Origin: Pelomyxa schiedti | Taxonomy: Eukaryota; Protista; Evosea | DNA: 38,484 nt | Direction of reading: 5' to 3' | NCBI GenBank assembly: GCA_020536535.1 | Contig: JAHLWZ010000281.1 | Coordinates: forward strand, 1 to 38,484 | In this document: one piece after another, positions 34,042 to 38,484 of the stretch | Layout of the letters: every line of letters starts with the position of its first letter | How positions within the stretch are numbered: position 1 is the first letter of the stretch | Notes under the pieces: model-generated | What the model saw: only the letters and a program-made list of their open reading frames with translations | Databases searched by the model: none | What the model was told of the DNA's origin: nothing | Position numbers and translations under genes: made by a program

Positions 34042-36880
34042 ATGGCGGCCAACAAGAACAATAACACGGTGGGAGGTGGTGGAGACCCGTTCGATGGGGG
34101 ACTGACATGCAGCGTGTGCATTGGGCTGGTGACGGACCCCGTGACGCTTCCCTGGTGCACCCACACCGTGTGCCGCCTGTGCGCCGGGACCCTCCTGGGC
34201 CTCCTCCCACTCAGCAGGGGCACTGCCCCTCCCACCGCCCCCGCCCCGCAGCTGCCCGGACGCACCTCCTCCTCTTCGGGGTCCAGCAGCCCCACCATGG
34301 CGGGGGGTGCCGGGGGAGTGGTTCTGGGGTGCCCAGTGTGCGGGGCCGGGGGCCCCCACGATCAGCCGGGGCTCGAATCCCAGCAGCGGGGGGGCGTGCG
34401 CGACGTGGGGGCACTCGTGCGGAACGAGGAGGTGGCGGCCAGGGCTGACAAGGCCAGGCTGGAATTGGTGTCGGCGATGATGTGCAATGTGTGCGATGAC
34501 TCAGGTCTCAAGGTATCTGTTGTAAATAGTGCCCCGCCAGGTTATTTCTCTTGGTTCTACATATGTAATTTGGGATGGGTAGGTTCTCATTCTTGGTTTC
34601 AGACAAAGGCTGTTGTAATGTGTCAACTTTGCGAGGCTCCTTTTTGTGCAAAGTGCTTCAGCGACACACACAAAGGGAAAATGAAATCACACACCACTGT
34701 TCCAGTTGTAAGATTTTTCTTTTATCCCTCTCTTTCTTGTTCAACACCCCAAGCAGACAGCGGAACTATCAGCCTTCAAGCCAATAATGTGCCGTGAGCA
34801 CAACGAACCCTGCAAAATTTGGTGCAAGGATGACAGCACTGCCGTTTGTTACCTCTGCGTTTCTCTCAGCGAATCTCCTCACAGAGGGCACACGACGATT
34901 GCAACAAATCAAGCCGCATTGTGCGTTGCACTCTCGCTCATCCATACGGTAAAATTCATTTAACTTTTCATCAGGTCCCTCAAAAAAGAGTTCGCTGCCA
35001 CAATCGCTTCACTGTCTGGCCTGATCGAAAATTGTCATAAGAGAATTGCTGAGTTAACCGAAATGTCAGAAGCAATAGAAAAGGTTCGTGCAAGATTCAT
35101 TTTCAACAACCTGACTGATTACATTCTCAGCAAAGAGTCGATTCGAAGAAAGAAATTTCTTTACTGATGAGGGGACTGGTTGAAATGATTTCATCAACTG
35201 AAAAGAGGCTCCTTGACTCGACTGATCAACATGCTTCCAAACTCTGTTATGATTTCTTTCCCACTGTGTCAGCTTCGCCTGACCTATCAACAGTGTCATC
35301 AATCGATGAACACCATCGGGAACTTGCTTCAGTCATTGAGCAAGCAAAAACTTTTTCCGGGCATGCTGAAAAGGTGTCTTCCAATCAAGATGACAGTTGG
35401 ATAATGTCCAAACAGTTCATATTGCAAAGAATGATGGTTGTCCTTGGTGGATGGGTTCTTTCCCATGATCACTAATTTTTGGACAGGAAACTCTGAACAC
35501 ATTGACCACCATTGAATTGCCCGAAGTGCCCCCTCCTACCATCTCTTTCGACAGCCCAAGTGATCTCCAATCCCAATTGAAGAAACTTACCGTAACATCC
35601 CTCATATATTTCTGTTTAAAATCATCACAAATTTGTGTGCAGGATTCTTGTCACATAACATCATCAGAACCCATTGAAGAAGTGGTGACCACAGAAAGGA
35701 CTCTTTCTGGAGAAGACTACATCATTTCTGGGAATGAGTGTTTTGATGCCAGTAAATCTTCAACAAAGCAATACCGCAATGTTGTTGTTCAGAGCGGTGC
35801 CACTCTGACTGTGAAGCCTTGGGATGGATCCTCTGGTGGTTCAATCCACATCAAGTATACTTGAACTTAATGTGACTTGCAGTGGTGTTAACCCTTCCTC
35901 CCAAACCCAAACAACAAAACAAAAAGGTGTTCCACATTCACAGTGCGGAGTGGGGGTATTGTCGACGTTACAGGCAAGGGATACAGAGGTGGTGTTGCTC
36001 CAACAACTTCCGGCAATACCGCACCACAAGGGGAATCATCAACCGGGATTGGGTGCGCATCCACAGAACCAAACGGTGGAGGCGGCGGCGGTGGTGTTGG
36101 CTCTGGTTCGTATGGTTCTGCAGGTGGAGGTGGAGGAGGCTATGGTATGCCAGGATATTTCTTCTATTTCTTCCCTGCACTAATTAGCCCCACCCACTGC
36201 TAAATCTCAGGAGCCCGAGGGAAAGATGCTGCGCCCAATACCGGCAACAGAATGCACAACCCAGGCGGCAAGGGAGGGAATGTCGTTCCTCCTGCCATCA
36301 TCAACAACACGCTGCCCATACTTGGATCGGGTGGTGGTGCTGGTGACCCGTGTGTACCCCTCCATTTTCCCAATGCCGATAGTAATTCTAAAAGAGACAC
36401 AGGTACAGCACCCACCAAGCCGGGTCCGGTGGGTCAGGAGGTGGAGCCGTTGTGATTGAGGCCTCAGAGATCGACATACAGGGCACCATCCAGGCCAATG
36501 GGAACCCAGGCGGCAGCGGCAAGGGCTACGGGTCAGGCGGCGGGGGCGGCAGCGGGGGCCTCATCGTGCTGGCCCCATCCCTGCGTGTCACACTGGGCAC
36601 CACCGGGACACTGACGGCCAGCGGGGGCCAGGGCGGGCGCTGCGAGGAAGCCCCATCGTTTCCCGGGATATGCAGCAGGGGAGGGTGTGGGGGTGATGGG
36701 TGGATATGCATTAGTCGAAGGAATCGGAGTTCGTGGGGCAGGGCTGTGACGCAGACACACCCTAACTCCAAAAATTTCCCAATTTACGCGTCAAATCGGA
36801 ACCAAAGTGAGCCTCCAAATTGCTTAACTAGTGCACACTTTGGACAAAGTGGAGGGATTTCCAAAGTGGCACCGCTTTGA
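34042..36880 (+). CDS. TRIM-like protein C, full length (RING, B-box1, B-box2, coiled coil, glycine-rich domain)
   Basis: MAANKNNN...LTCSVC..PWCTHTVCRLC...CPVC (C3HC4 RING), both B-boxes, coiled coil, then LTVKPWDGSSGG..VDVTGKGYRGG..QGES..NGGGGGGG..LGSGGGAG..GTIQANG..GSGGGGGSGG..GGDGWI. Confidence 0.85.
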
Positions 36881-37086
36881 GCATTCTCAAATCGGGCACA
36901 AATTGGGGATTTTCCCAGGTTGCCTACAAATTGGAAGACATAATTTATTTTTTTTTTTCCCCTTACACCTGTGTGGTTGCGTGGTTGCGTGGTTGCTAGC
37001 TGGTGGTCCAGTAACAGAGAGGCTGTCACGGTTGTACTCTACAAAATAATTAAAATAAAATAAGATATGCGGAAAGAACAAACCTG

Positions 37087-37483
37087 CAGGCAGACTCTCT
37101 TGCTCTTTGGCAAAGGTGCTTACATCAAATAATTGTCATGCGAACCTGTGTGGATGTTAGAAGCAGAAAGCCAATAAAAAGGACAAACCAAGTTTGCTGC
37201 CAACTAGCGGAAGTCTGGAACATAACAGCAGCTTGTCAATCTGTGCCTTGGTTAGCTGGGGGAAAAAAAAGGGAGAAGGACATACCGGAGTCGACAACTG
37301 GGATCCAGGCAGACTCTCTTGCTCTTTGCAAGGGACAAAAGCGAATATATCAAATAATGGTTGCCTGTTGTCATGTGAACCTGTGTGGATGTTAGAAACA
37401 GAAAGCCAATAAATGGGACAAACCGGCAAACTCGCTGAAGTCATGAACTTAACAGCAGCTTGTTACAAAATCTATGCATTGGT
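37087..37483. repeat. Imperfect non-coding tandem repeat, period about 219 bp, at least 2 copies, running into a gap
   Basis: caggcagactctcttgctcttt...gaacctgtgtggatgttagaa.cagaaagccaataaa...taacagcagcttgt starts at both 37087 and 37306. Confidence 0.85.
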
Positions 37484-37583
37484 NNNNNNNNNNNNNNNNN
37501 NNNNNNNNNNNNNNNNNNNNNNNNNNNNNNNNNNNNNNNNNNNNNNNNNNNNNNNNNNNNNNNNNNNNNNNNNNNNNNNNNNN
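37484..37583. other. 100-N scaffold gap
   Basis: Run of 100 N. Confidence 0.99.
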
Positions 37584-38081
37584 CTGATGGCCGGTTCGTT
37601 GACATTCTGTTAGGACACTACCATAATACTGGCCCTAAGTGAAGACGATGGTTCCAATGCAGTAGGCATGGTGTGCTTTCACATACCATTCTTTTGATCT
37701 CCTCCGACAGTGATTGCAAGAATGTCAGCGCTGCTACAAAATGTGAGGTTAAAACAAGGACATCAACAACAACGCAAACACACACACACACACACCAGTG
37801 CCTGTGCCAGTGCCTGTGCCCGTTGGCGTCGTGTCGCCGCCCACTGCTGGGTGCTGTGGCTCAACAACCCCCCCTCCTGCGACCACCGTGGTTGTGATTG
37901 CGGTTGTGCTTGTGGTTGTGGGACCATTTGGTTGTTGTGGTGCAGTAGCCTGTCGATTTGGTGGAGGTGGTTGCGTATGAGTGGTTGGGGTCGCAGACGA
38001 AGTGTTGCTCTCGTATTCGCGCAGGGCACTCTCGAGTAACGCGTCAAGATCAAGATCATCTGCCGGCGCAACGCCACTCAT
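37584..38081 (-). CDS. PEX19: Pex19 second copy, 5' part only (cut by gap)
   Basis: MSGVAPADDLDLDALLESALREYE...; collinear with 1467-2012, with indels in low-complexity parts. Confidence 0.85.
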
Positions 38082-38281
38082 GATTTCCCTTAATCCGATT
38101 TCCAAGGGAAAAAGAAATTCCCCAGCAGGCACACCAACGTGGTTAACAATTTTACAAGGGTAACAGTTTTCACTTGAACCGTCACACCAATATTGCATTT
38201 TTCCTCCCACTTTGCACCACTCTGTGGAAGCCCTTATTCTCTCAAAAAAAAGTGAAACAACACTTTGGATTGGTTTGTGTA

Positions 38282-38484
38282 TCAATCCTCCTCGAGGTTT
38301 ATTTGTGCTCTCCCAAACTTGCCATAAAGAAGAACTTTTAGTTGAGCAAGCTGTGATTTGATTTCGTCAATCTGTGCAGTTGTTGCTGATATCTCCTCAT
38401 TGAGCTTTGTTTCGGTTTGCATGAGGTAGTCTGTAACTTTGCTTGGCTTCAATGTCACAAAGACTTCACCAATGTTGTAAAGAA
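38282..38484 (-). CDS. PFDN4: Prefoldin subunit 4 second copy, last exon (partial)
   Basis: Near-identical to 2222-2424; I saw one synonymous change and one D->E change. Confidence 0.9.
   Translation of the reverse strand, partial: LYNIGEVFVTLKPSKVTDYLMQTETKLNEEISATTAQIDEIKSQLAQLKVLLYGKFGRAQINLEED

Overview
Gene-dense, intron-rich eukaryotic DNA with short (about 30-100 nt) GT-AG introns, a few GC-AG introns and three 100-N scaffold gaps. My best inference is an anaerobic amoebozoan of the Archamoebae (Pelomyxa-like), based on an archaeal-type alanyl-tRNA synthetase, Pex19 and the lineage-type HPRCG gene family; this is not proven from the window alone. In order: a partial hypothetical gene, PEX19, prefoldin subunit 4, archaeal-type AlaRS, a 5-unit intron-containing polyubiquitin whose last unit stops at Leu73, two intronless HPRxG-motif beta-rich proteins, a large TmcB/C-like membrane PAS-adenylyl cyclase, an ankyrin-repeat protein, a BAHD-like HxxxD acyltransferase, a 2-TM protein, a Ras pseudogene, a third HPRCG protein, a tandem array of three TRIM-like (RING/B-box/B-box/coiled-coil) genes, a 219-bp tandem repeat, and after a gap a diverged second copy of the PEX19/PFDN4 segment. 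The best candidate for an undescribed system is the TRIM array, whose members end in a bacterial-surface-protein-like glycine-rich domain with hypervariable loops and include a RING-less variant. The second candidate is the intronless HPRCG adaptor-like family. Exon structures were read by eye and internal boundaries are approximate.
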